Part shown: piece by piece, positions 52,920 to 64,000 of the stretch
Numbering within the stretch: the stretch's first letter is position 1
Layout: each line of letters begins with the position of its first letter
Assembly: GCA_033442325.1 (NCBI GenBank)
Contig: JAWQFM010000020.1
Location: 907,863-971,862, forward strand
Length of the DNA: 64,000 nt
Origin: Salpingoeca rosetta
Taxonomy: Eukaryota > Protista > Choanoflagellata
Direction: 5' to 3'
The notes under the pieces: generated by a model
What the model saw: the letters and a program-made list of their open reading frames with translations, nothing else
What the model was told of the DNA's origin: nothing
Database searches by the model: none
Translations under genes and position numbers: made by a program

Positions 52920-53447
52920 GTGTGTGTGTTTGCGCTGCGCGACTTGCAGCAACTGCCCTTTGCCTGTGCCTGTCCTTTCCGTTGTCTTACGCCGAGCATG
53001 TTTCTCCTCCGATCGTGCACTTTCGGTCTTCCCTCCCTCTTGCGTCGCCCTTGTTTACCACCACAGGACTTTTTCAAGCACAATCTTGTGCGGTGCGCCG
53101 GCTCACAGACATACCATACCACCTCCAAGTTTGACGTCTCCCCACAGAAGACCACAGGTGTGTGTGTGTGTGTTTGCCCGTGCTGAGGACCCTTGTGTGC
53201 ATGTGTTGTTGTAGTTGTGTGTGTGTGTGTGTGCTCCTCCTCTTGCCTATAGGCTCTCGCATCAGCCACCTGCTTACAAATGTGCGTGCGCATGTGCGCG
53301 TGTGTGTGTCCCTTAGGGCTTGGCAAGAGCAAGTCTGTGCTTGCAGCTGAGAATCGTGCTTTGTACCGCGAGGACAACACCGCATATCGCCGCATCCTCG
53401 ACGCCTGCAGACGCGCCGAGAAGCACTACGCCGACAACTCCCAGGTG

Positions 53448-53524
<77 letters not shown>

Positions 53525-54449
53525 ACATGCGTGGCATCGGACAGCGTCCCGCTGTGTGGTCAACGACGCCACCCCTCACGACTGGTGTGTGAACCTGTGC
53601 GATGGCTGTGCAGTGCATGTCACTGCTTTCGGTGCGAGACATGCGGTACCTGATAGACACGGTGTGGAGCGGCAAGAGTGCACTGAGCGAGGACGCCACC
53701 CTCAGCAACCTCGTGCTGTGCCGATGGAACAAGCACAAAGAACTCTCCCCATGGTAAGTAGCCGTGTGTGTGTGTGTGTGTGTGCGATCGTGCTGCTGTT
53801 GCTCTATGTGTGTCTACATACGCGCGTGCATCATGTTCTGGTTTTTGATGGCTTGTTGTGACTTCTACATTCTTTCCAAGGCGCGTTTTCTGACACCTTC
53901 ACAAACGCATGTGCAATCATGTGTTAGGAATTCCATTCTTCTTACCAAGGACGAGCAAGTAGAGCATCTTGAGCTCGACGACCCGGTGTGTGTGTGGAGA
54001 TGCGCGCGTGTATGTATGTATGTATGTATGTATGTATGTATGTATGTATGTATGTATGTATGTATGTATGTATGTATGTATGTATGTATGTATGTATGTA
54101 TGTATGTGTATGCATGTGTGTGTGTGTGTCCCCATCGCAATCAACAACGCATCGTGTGCATGCGTTTCTCCAACCCACAGTTCACTAACGCCGCAATATA
54201 CAACACAACACAACAGGACGCGTCGTATGGGCCCAACTTTGTCGCTCGAATCAAGCAGAAGCACATCCGCGCAAAGCAACACTTTACTTCCTTACAATCC
54301 CACCTTGCCCGTGCACACAAGCAGCAAACCAGGTTGGTTGGTTCAATCGTTTCCGTTGCTATGCGTGTGGGCTGTGAATGACTGCGCCCTCCTCAGTTTG
54401 CCCTGCTTCCGTTTGCTCTGCATCCCCTGTGCTCCTCTCTCACTCACGT

Positions 54450-54542
<93 letters not shown>

Positions 54543-54665
54543 CAACACACCCTCTGTGTTGTCCTTTCTGTTAGTCGAACGCTGCCACCCAAGCCACAAC
54601 AGCTGCCCTCGCTCAGCACACAACAACAACACCAACAACAACTGCCTGCAAACGCCACGTCATAA
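48032..54665 (+). CDS. IQUB: IQ motif-containing radial spoke 1 stalk protein IQUB/FAP253, multi-exon
   Basis: An acidic N-terminal exon is followed by [34 protein letters not shown], the IQ motif VIVIQKYYRRWQAKR, RRLNPRTPEDFDMLYASL, TREILELIQREADLL, LEGLRKRLLNLFLQFIETPEYNPEA, RWNKHKELSPWNSILLTKDE and YGPNFVARIKQKHIRAKQHF. These blocks are colinear with IQUB. Confidence 0.93.
54011..54105 (+). repeat. (TATG)n tetranucleotide microsatellite in an IQUB intron
   Basis: Directly visible. Confidence 0.95.
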
Positions 54666-54983
54666 TGCGCACTTGTGACGAACTCGTTGATTGTTATGAA
54701 AGGCTTACATAAAATTCAGCAAACCTGATGAGTCATCACTGTTTTGTTTGGTTTGGTTCGCGCATGAGCAACCAACGACTCGATCGCACGCACACACAAC
54801 CGCCAACAAGGCACAACAGACGCCCGCCCACCGCGACCAACGAAGAACTGAACTGTTGGCACTTGACAAGCAAGCAGGAAGGGGAGGGGTTGGAGTTCAC
54901 ACAAGTGCAGTGGTGAGCTGAAGAACCAAGGAGACAAGGCAGGCAGGCTGTGAGTCATTTATTCCAGCATCAGCTTGAGAGAA

Positions 54984-56277
54984 ATGAACGCGTCTGACAT
55001 CCTTGTTGTTGGTGGTGAGGCCGTGGAGAACGCGGTTGCTCCCATGATGATGATGATGATGATGGGGACAAGTGAACCGGGCACCGTTAGCAACCAGGCT
55101 GGTGGCGGCGATGATGTCGGTGGTGATGCTGGCGATGCTGGCGCTGGCGCTGCGGCTGCGTCGTTGTGGATGGGCAGCGCGGGCAGCATCCCAACGGTGG
55201 TGCTCATTGCTGCGTTTGTGATTGGCGTGCTGCTGGGCACGGTCGGCACGCGCCTGCGCCAATGGCTGCAGGCTGCCCGGGGCGTGGAGACGCCAGAGCG
55301 GCGGCGACGTTGGGAGCAGTTTGTGCGCCAGCTCAGCGACAGCCGCGTGCTACCTGAGGACGCCATCCTGGACCAGGTGCGGCAGGCAGACCTGCCCATC
55401 TTGGGTGGGTTTGGCGCCAGCATGGGCTGCACCAGCTCCACGGTGCTGCACGAGATTGCCCGCTGCCCGCACGCCAGCACGCAACTCCTCACGAGCATCG
55501 TGGAGGAGGCGCTCAGGCAGAACCCGGGCCGCACCCCACAGGAGGTCGTCAATTGGACCAACGGCAAGGGCGCCACGCCGCTGCACGAGTGCTGCTTCGC
55601 CGGCAACTTTGAGAACATTGTTTGGCTGGTGCAGCACGGCGCAGATGTCAACGCCAAGACGCGTGCGGGGCGCACCGTATTGCACGAGGTGCTCTCATCC
55701 TCCCGCAGTGCCGACGCCGTCGACATCATCCAGTACCTCCTGTGCAGGGGCGCGTCGCTCGCAGCGTGCGACCGCATGGCCCTCCCCGTCCTCGGGTCTG
55801 CCGTGTACCGGTGCGTATGCATTTGCGTGTGTGTGTGTCGGGGGGGGGGGGGGGTGGGCTCTGCAGCTCTGCGTGTTTGCGTGTATGCGGGTATGCGGGT
55901 ATGCGTGTATGTGTGTCTGCGTGGGTATGTTCTGTCTGCCTGTGGGCCTGCTTGTGCCTGCTTCGGGTTCCCCGGCGTGCTGGATTGTTGCAGCTCATGC
56001 CACGTTGCGCCGCTATGCCTGTCGTTGCGTTTGCGCCCAGCGCCCCCGATGACGTCGTGGCCGTGCTGCTGAAGCACGCCGATGCCGATGACATCAAACT
56101 CACCACCCCGTCCGGCGAGAGCTTGCTCCACCTCGCCATCTCAGAGGTGCTGCAATCCTCACACGCAACTTTGCTCTTGTGCGTTTGTTTATGTGTGTGA
56201 GTGCGTGCGCGTTTGTTTATGTGTGTGTGTGTGTGTGTGTGTGTTCAGCAGTATTTGCGTGTCTTGTTGCAGAATTG

Positions 56278-56310
<33 letters not shown>

Positions 56311-57543
56311 GTGTGCGTGCGCACGCAACCCTCGAAGCCCTTCTGTGTCCTTGCGTTTGAGTGACCATAGCATACCGCGCTCACCTCGCCATTTCCTGCG
56401 CGTACATGTGTGCTTGCCATCTGGTTGTTGGACCAGGGCCGCAAAGGCTTGGTGAAGCTGCTCGTTGGTGCCGGTGCCGATGTCAATGCTGTGGACAGTC
56501 GCGGCGTCTCCGTCTTTGAGGCCGCGTGCTGCGCCGCACAGCCAGATATGGGTGTGCAAGCGGTGCTGATGATGCTGATGCTAGTGATTGTCGTGCACGT
56601 GTGCGCTCGTGCGTATGTGTACGTGCGTGTGTGTGCGTGCGTGCGTGCGTGTGTGTGCGTGCGTGTGTCGTTCAGCTGATACCACATCAATATCATGATG
56701 CGACCCACACGTCTTTCTTCACTCACACGCTCCTTCGTGCAATGTTCTTCGCCGTGAACCCCCACCCCCCAAACAAAACGCACACGCACATCTCAATGGC
56801 AACAGCTGCGTTTTTGTTGTGGAAGGGCAGCCGGCTCAACAGCGCGAGCGACACGCTCTTCCGTCGCTGTGTTGCGCGTGGCAGAAAATATGTCCGGATT
56901 GGGTGGACAAACATGCCGGTTGGAACAGATGTTGTGGAGCAGCGCAACGCCGTCTTTGCCCTCATGGCTGCTCTCGGTTCGTCACCCTTCAGTCTGTGTG
57001 TGTGTGTGTGTGCATGTGTGTGTGTGTGTGCCTCTGTGATCGTCAAAGACGCGGCACTTCTTCATCTGAGTTCTGTACCTACATTCATTACATCCATCCT
57101 GTTCTTTGTTGTGCTGCAGGTGTGCCTGTTTCGCTCAACTGCCTCGTGTTTGAGAAATCTCTCATGTCGTATCCGTGCTCGACCCTCTACCTCATCCTCT
57201 CGCTCGGCGCATTCGGTGAGACGCCTGCTACCTCTGTGCACCTGCACCCGTCAAGTGGCAGAGTCGGGTCCTCATTGCACACCTGTTCACGCACACATAC
57301 ACAGTCTTGCTGTTGTTCTTGTTTGCAACGCACACACGCTGACATTCATTCATTCATTCATTCATTCATTCATTCATTCATTCATTCATTCATTCATTCA
57401 TTCATTCATTCATTGGATTGCGTCATGTTTATTGCAGGCGCAACGGAGGACGACAAGCTGGCCAAGCACTTTGGCTCGCTCGAAGCAACAGCAGCCGCTG
57501 AAATTGCAGGTGCGAACGTGCACGTTGCTCACACGTGTCTGCT

Positions 57544-57579
<36 letters not shown>

Positions 57580-58159
57580 GGGTGTGTGTGTGTGTGTTGG
57601 GTGGGTGTGTGTGTGTTGGGTGTGTGTGTCTGTGTGCGCGCGCTTGTGATTACGCCCTGTGTTCTCCGTACCCACGGTCGCTTGGTGTACGTCATTGTCG
57701 CTGCAGGCGCGACCTTCTCGCGGCTGCAAGTTGCGGACATGTGGGCCCGTTTCGACGACAATACGTGGCAGGAGGCTGCTGCTTCAAGGTGTGTACGCCT
57801 GTAACGCATGCGAAGTGAGAGCGAATGCAAGGACAAGGCACAGAGCCACGGTGCTGCACATACATACACGCACGCAAACACACACCAAAATGATATGCAC
57901 GCACAGCACCAAGTCTGCCAGCATCTCACGGCATACCATTGACCTGTTGTTGCCCATAAAATTGCTCTGTGTGCGTGTGTTGTGTGCGTGTGCGTGTGTG
58001 TGCAGTGGCACGATGGAGACGCGCTGTGCGTGGCTGCTGCTCAACATGATTCGCCAACACCGCCCGCGCACAACAGCAACACAATCCGTGCCAACGCTCC
58101 AGGTACGGTTCGCTTTGTGGTAGTGTGAGGCAACACATGAGCGGGTCTGATTGTGCGTG

Positions 58160-58211
<52 letters not shown>

Positions 58212-60062
58212 GGAGCAGCGAGTGAATCGTTCACGTGCATGCAACGAGGGATTTACCTCTGTTGTGTGCAACAACCTCTTCACTCCTGTGCAGACCCCTC
58301 CCTTTCTCCCCACCCCCATTGTTACCCCACCACCTCATCTCAACCAAACATCTCGCTCGTCTGGTCTGTGCTTCTCCATGGTTGCAGAATCTGTGCCGTA
58401 ATGTGTACCGCAAGCAAGTCCTTTCCCGGCTCAGCGCCCGCCGGCCCCAAAACGAGTGAGTCACGCCACGCTTCCCCCACAGTGAACGACAACTGTGATG
58501 CCAACCGTCCTCTGTTTGTTTGTCACTGCCACACACTGTCAAACACACACACACACACACATACAGATGGCGCATGACCTCACCCTGTGCATGCTGTGCC
58601 AAACAACAACAGGGCTGTTGAGGAGTGCAGTGACCGTGCCTCGCCGCGCACCATTCGCCGCACCATCCGATCACATATGAGCTCGCGGTCGTCGTCCCCA
58701 CAGCGCGCACGGCGCATGCTTCGGCCACACCCAATTGCGCCCGTGCCAACCCGCGCGGCTGGCACCGGTGCTGATGGTATGCAGCCAGCCACAGCTGTAG
58801 CAGCGCCAACGGCGGCCGCAAGAGCATCGGCAAGGGCGGCAACAGCGCCTGCATCTGCATCACTGCGGAGTGCGCCGGCATCTGCGATCTTCTCGCCACT
58901 TCGCCAGCGAACGTTTGATTGGGGCGACGATGACGATGGTGACGAAGACAATGACCGCGACAACCATGATGATGCTGCTGCTGCTGCTGCTGAAGACACA
59001 AATACCGACACGGCCGCCAGCAGCACGAGTGCTGTGATTGCGACAACCATCAGTGCTGACACGGGCCTGCGCCGCCGTCGCCGCCGCCGCCGTGGCCAGG
59101 GCTCCACAGCTGCCCGTGACCAACAGGGCAGCAGCAGCAGTCGCGTTGGTGATGACGATGGTGACGATGACAACGATGACAACGATGATCAAGATGCGAC
59201 GAGGGGCCTGTGGACACGCGGGCTTGCCGTGCGCTTCCAGGATTTGCTGTCGAATGTTGGCTGGAGTGACAGGAGGGCGAGAGACCAGGTCAATGAAGCC
59301 AGACGAGGGGAGGAGGCAGGGCGGGTGATGATGGCACAGCACAGGCGCACCCGCAGCGTTGGGGATGCAGACGACATTGTCCGGCTGGACCACAACGGCA
59401 TCATTCTCCGAAGCCCCTTTGCGTCCCGCCGCCGCCACAACAACGACGACGGTGTCGATGACGTGAATGGCCATGGCAATCAGGTCAACGATGATGACAA
59501 CAGCACACGGCATCAGTCTGCGTCGTGGTGGCCAATGCGATCAGCAGCTGCTGCTGCTGTTGCGAGAGCAGGCCGCCATCACGGACACCATCGTCAGGGT
59601 CGGCAACGCGGTCAACGGCATCGCTGTCGTGGCAAACACACAAGCAGCGGCAACACACACCGAAGCATGTTTCATTGGCGCGGATGGTACAGCACAGGGA
59701 CATCACCGCACGTGCTCTCGGACAACGAAGACGAGAGGGATGCCGAGGAAACGCTTGGTCGCGCCAGCGATGGTGAAGACAACGATGCTGAGGGTGCGTC
59801 CGACGCTGATGTCGATGAGATGCATGATGAAAGCGAGCCAGCGCCGCTGGAGCCCGGGTTGAACCAGCAGCTGCTCTCTGCTGCGGGCGACGTGCTTGCC
59901 TTGGACAGGCGCAATGGAAACTTGTACACGGCAGTGCAGCGGTTGCCTGTTGCGTTTCGCGGGCTCATGATGTATGATGATGCGCAGCTGGCGTGGCCGC
60001 TCTTTGCCGACATGGCCTTGGACGTGGTGGTAGCCCAGCGGGCAGCGGCAACAACACACTAG
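54984..60062 (+). CDS. Single-pass membrane ankyrin-repeat protein with a C-terminal SOCS/VHL-box-like motif (ASB-like)
   Basis: TM segment IPTVVLIAAFVIGVLLGTVG. Ankyrin repeats: GATPLHECCFAGNFENIVWLVQHGADVNAKTRAGRTVLHE, SGESLLHLAISE/GRKGLVKLLVGAGADVNAVD. BC-box-like VPTLQ/NLCRNVYRKQV across the 58102/58388 junction. A long low-complexity last exon (58613-60062) ends in AVQRLPVAFRGLMMY. Confidence 0.82.
57343..57414 (+). repeat. (CATT)n tetranucleotide microsatellite adjacent to a 3' splice site
   Basis: Directly visible. Confidence 0.93.
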
Positions 60063-60209
60063 ATGTGTGTGTGTGTGTGTGCAAAGTGGTGTGGGTCGTG
60101 GTATGTTGACGTGAATGTTGTTTGTGATGACATGATGTTCAGTTGTACACGATTGCCACTGTGCTCCTCTTTCTTGATCTCCCTGCTTGTGCATCCCCCC
60201 GGGCCTTCT

Positions 60210-60213
<4 letters not shown>

Positions 60214-60291
<78 letters not shown>
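60214..60291 (+). repeat. (CT)n microsatellite between the ankyrin and peptidase genes
   Basis: Directly visible. Confidence 0.95.
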
Positions 60292-60293
<2 letters not shown>

Positions 60294-60543
60294 GCATGCC
60301 TGCCTGCCTTTCTGCCTGTGGCCAGGTTAGGCGGGTGTAATGTAACAATATCATGAATGAACGAATCGATGGAAGGATTGGATTGGATTGGATAGTGCGA
60401 AACGCAAACCAGAGCAGGGTTGGAGGAAGGACCACATTGCAGCAAACTCCTCCAAAAAAGAAAACGCGCTGCAGCAACACGCACAACACTGCACAACACC
60501 GTCTTTCTGTGCTTTGCTTTTTGGTGTGCTTGTTCTCAGCGTC

Positions 60544-62378
60544 ATGAGCGGAGACGGACCATCGGAGAGCACGCGGCTGGTGATTGAGGATGCGCCACCA
60601 CCATCCTCGACAAGCACAGACCCGCACGAGCGCGGGCGCCGCTACCAATCGGGCGGTAGCCGAGGTGGTGGCGGGCTCTTGTCGCGGCAGGTGCTGATGG
60701 TGGGCGGTGTGCTGGTGGTTGCGGCCGTGGTTGTGCTGGCTGTGCTGCTGACGCAGGGGGACGACGCAGCGAACACGGAGCGAGCAGCAGACTCCTTTGC
60801 TGCGCGCGTCACTGCCGACGACATCACCGTGCACCTGCGCATGCTGTACAACATCAGCCAGCGGTACCCCAACACGCGCTCTGCCATCTACGGCGGCTAC
60901 AACGAGAGTGTGGAGTATGTGGTCTCGCAGCTGAACACCAGCGACTCGGATTACTACACCGTCACTGTCCAGCCATTCACCGTCACCACCTTCAAGGAAA
61001 CGGCCACCCCAGTCCTCAACCTTACTCGCGGTACTTTGTGTCTCTGTTGTGTGTGTAGGGGGGGGGGGGGTTCTGTCTGTGTGTGTGTGTGTGTGTGTGT
61101 CTGTGTCTGTGTGTTTCTGTGTGTGTGTGTCTGTATGTCTGTGTGTCTGTGTGACTGTCTGTCCCTGTGTGTATGTCTCTGCCTGTGTATCTGTGTGCAT
61201 GTCTGTCCCTGTGTGTATGTCTCTGTCTGTGTATCTGTGTGCATGTCTGTGCGTGTGTATCTGTGTCTCTGCCTGTGTATCTGTGTGTCTCTCTCTCTGT
61301 GTATCTGTGTGCATGTCTGTGCCTGTGTGTATGCGTGTCTGTGTCAACATTATCGCTCCCAAAGACGTGACGTGATGTGATGCTCAACATTCTTGTTCAC
61401 TTTCGGTGCTTGCTTCTGCAGATGGCACGGTAACGCCATTCCCTGGCGTGGCAACGATGGCATACTCCGCATCCGGCACCGTCACAGCGCAGTTCAAGTC
61501 AGTGACACACGCGATGCAACACCACAAACCCACATGCCTGTGCACGCACAGAGGATGGCGCTTGCATTCATTTAATTTGCTCTTCTTCTTTGGTGCTTTT
61601 GCTCTTGCTCTTGCAGGGCGGTGCGTAACTATGGCTGCCAGCCGAGCGATTGGTTCGGGCTCGCGGGCGCCATTGCTCTTGTTCAGCGTGGCAACTGCAC
61701 CCTCTACGACCAGGTGCGCGCGTGCATGTGCATGTGCGTATGTGTGTGCGTGTGTATATATGTGTGTGATGCAGTGTCGTAGGTTCAAGCTCCGTTCTGC
61801 TTTGACCTTTGGCTGCATCCCCATCATCATCAGCATCACCATCACCACCACCGCCATCATCACTTCACCAGGGCTACTATGGCAAGACGGCTGGTGTTGC
61901 TGGCATTGTGTTTGGCAACACTCCTCAGTACCCAACTCTCCCACTTCGCTCCCGCGTTCGCCGTACGTTCGTGTGTGTGTGTGTGTGTGTGTGTGTCTGT
62001 CTGTCTGTGTATGTCTGTGTCTGTATCTGTGTGTATGTGTATATGTGTGTGTGTCTGTGTGTGTGTCTGCATGTGTGTGATTGTGTGCCGTTGAGGGAGA
62101 ATGAATGTGTTGTGGATTGCCACTGACAGCAGCCATCAATGCGAATTGTCATCTGATGCCATGTCCTGCCATCACTGTTTGCGCTGTCCTTGTTGCTGCT
62201 GCTGTTGCATGTGACCTCAGGCCGCAACGACAGCGCGACCGTCGACCTCCCCATGATCGGCACCTCCCACAATCAGTTCCTCGAGCTCACAGAGGCAATC
62301 ACCCTCGGCCCAATCAACGCAACCATCGTCACTGCCGGCGAGGTGGGTGTTTGTTTGTTTATTTGCCCGTCTGTGTGC

Positions 62379-62420
<42 letters not shown>

Positions 62421-64000
62421 GTTTGTTTGTTTGTTTATCTGCCTGCCTGCCTGCCTGCCTGCCTTGCCTGCCTTGCCTGCCTGCCTGCCTGTCCGTCCGT
62501 GCGTGGGCATCGCTCCTCTTCCACGCACCCCCTCGTCCACTCACTACCACTTCAAACCACATCCACTCGCCACCATCGCCATAACCACTGCCACGTTTAT
62601 AATTGGTCCTCGCAGCTCGTGCCGCAGTACACGGCAAACGTTATTGCAGACATGAAGTATGGCCGAGAGGACAGCGTCATTGTCGTCGGGTAAGGGCAGC
62701 AACCACGTGTTCACGTGTTTGTGGCCATGGCGTGCTGTCTTCAGCAAATACAACATGACGCTGATGTTTCCGTTGTTTCTTGCTTCTCCTCATACCACAC
62801 GCGCTGAGCACCACAAGCATAGGCACGCATTCATGTATGTGCACACATCCACATTTCAAACACGCACACACCCACTCGCTCGTACATCCATGTGCGACGC
62901 ACGTGCTTATCCTCCCCCCCCCCCACACACACTTTCCCTTGGTTCTCCGCCGCACGTGACAGCGGCCACCTTGACTCTGTGGAGGCTGGGCCTGGTATCA
63001 ACGACAACGGCTCCGGCTCGTCCATGATTCTGCAGATGGCGCTCGAGATGCGCCGCATGCATGCGCAGCCCGTCAACAAAGTACGTGTGTGTGTGCGTGT
63101 GTGTATGTGTGTGTGTGTGCGTGTGTGTGTGTGTGTGCGTGTGTGTGTGTGTGTCTCCGATAGGGTTGATTCTCTCTTGCCCCTCGGATGCACTCCTCTC
63201 TCTCAGGATTGAATGTGCCCGCTGTCATGTACACATGTGCTGCTGTAGGTGAGGTTCATCTGGTTTGGCGCCGAAGAGCTCGGGCTGCTTGGCTCCTACC
63301 ACTACGTGAACGACCTCAAGGCAAACGATGTGCGTTGATGTGAATAGAGAGTGTGTGTGCGTACGTGTGAGTATTTGTGTTTGTGCGTTTGTGTGTGTAT
63401 ACGTGTGTTTGTGCGTTTGTGTGTGTATACGTGTGCGTGTGTGTGTTTGTGTGCGTGTATATGAGTGCGTGTATGCCTGTACATGCGAGTCAAGTTTCTG
63501 AGTTTTTCACATGTATGTGTTCTCATGTGTGTATGCATGATCCTGCTTGTGCTTCGCCTTTGGCTCGAACTTCGTCCCACTGTTCATCAACTAACCACCT
63601 CTTCCTCCCCCTTCCCTCTCTCCGACCACCTCATCCTCTGTGCACCAACTCCCTGCAGCCCGAGGCGCTTGCCAACATCACGTGCATGTTCAACTTTGAC
63701 ATGGTTGCGTCGCCCAACTTCATTCGCGGCGTGTACGACGGCGCAACAGCAACGGATCCCACAGCAGCGAGCGGGTCCACCATCATCCAGCACGAGTTTG
63801 AGAAGCGCTTCGACGCCCTTGGCCTCACGTGGCAGCTTACGGAGTTCAACGAACGCTCAGACTACGCTGCCTTCACCCTCAACCAAATCCCCGCAGGTGC
63901 TGTGCGTGTGGTGTGCCTTGTGCTTGTTTGCTTGTTTGCTTGTTTGCTTGTCTGCTTGTTTGCTTGTTTGCTTGTGTGTGCGTGTGTTTGTGTGCGGAGA
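60544..64000 (+). CDS. PA-domain M28 metallo-aminopeptidase (aminopeptidase Y/PaAP-like), type II membrane-anchored; 3' end beyond right edge
   Basis: TM segment [20 protein letters not shown]; GYNESVEYV; PA domain [10 protein letters not shown]. Catalytic motifs [51 protein letters not shown] and RSDYAAF carry the Zn ligands H, D, EE and D. Confidence 0.93.

Overview
Eukaryotic, gene-dense and very intron-rich DNA, with (GT)n/(CA)n microsatellites in almost every intron and two ~100-N scaffold gaps. The style strongly suggests a choanoflagellate such as Salpingoeca rosetta; this is inferred from composition and gene content, not proven. Most ORFs in the supplied track are microsatellite artefacts, so I rebuilt the genes exon by exon from GT-AG junctions. 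Left to right: a WSCD-type Golgi sulfotransferase (-, runs off the left edge), GAR1 (+), a hypothetical protein (-), MORN4 (-), a GLUT/SLC2A sugar porter (-), an F-box/FIST protein resembling FBXO22 (-), an intronless secreted Thr-rich/Cys-domain protein (+), a complete ~27 kb inner-arm dynein heavy chain most like DNAH12 (-), IQUB/FAP253 (+), a membrane-anchored ankyrin-repeat protein with an apparently split SOCS/VHL box (+), and a type II membrane PA-domain M28 aminopeptidase (+, runs off the right edge). Main highlights: (1) a 422-bp compositionally foreign, featureless segment inserted cleanly into a (CA)n tract inside a dynein intron; (2) the DNAH12-like and IQUB genes, whose products are axonemal neighbours, lie head-to-head across 467 bp containing RFX X-box-like motifs; (3) an Elongin-BC box and a cullin box separated by ~450 disordered residues; (4) intronic microsatellite polarity tracks transcription direction, and several 3' splice sites lack U-rich tracts.
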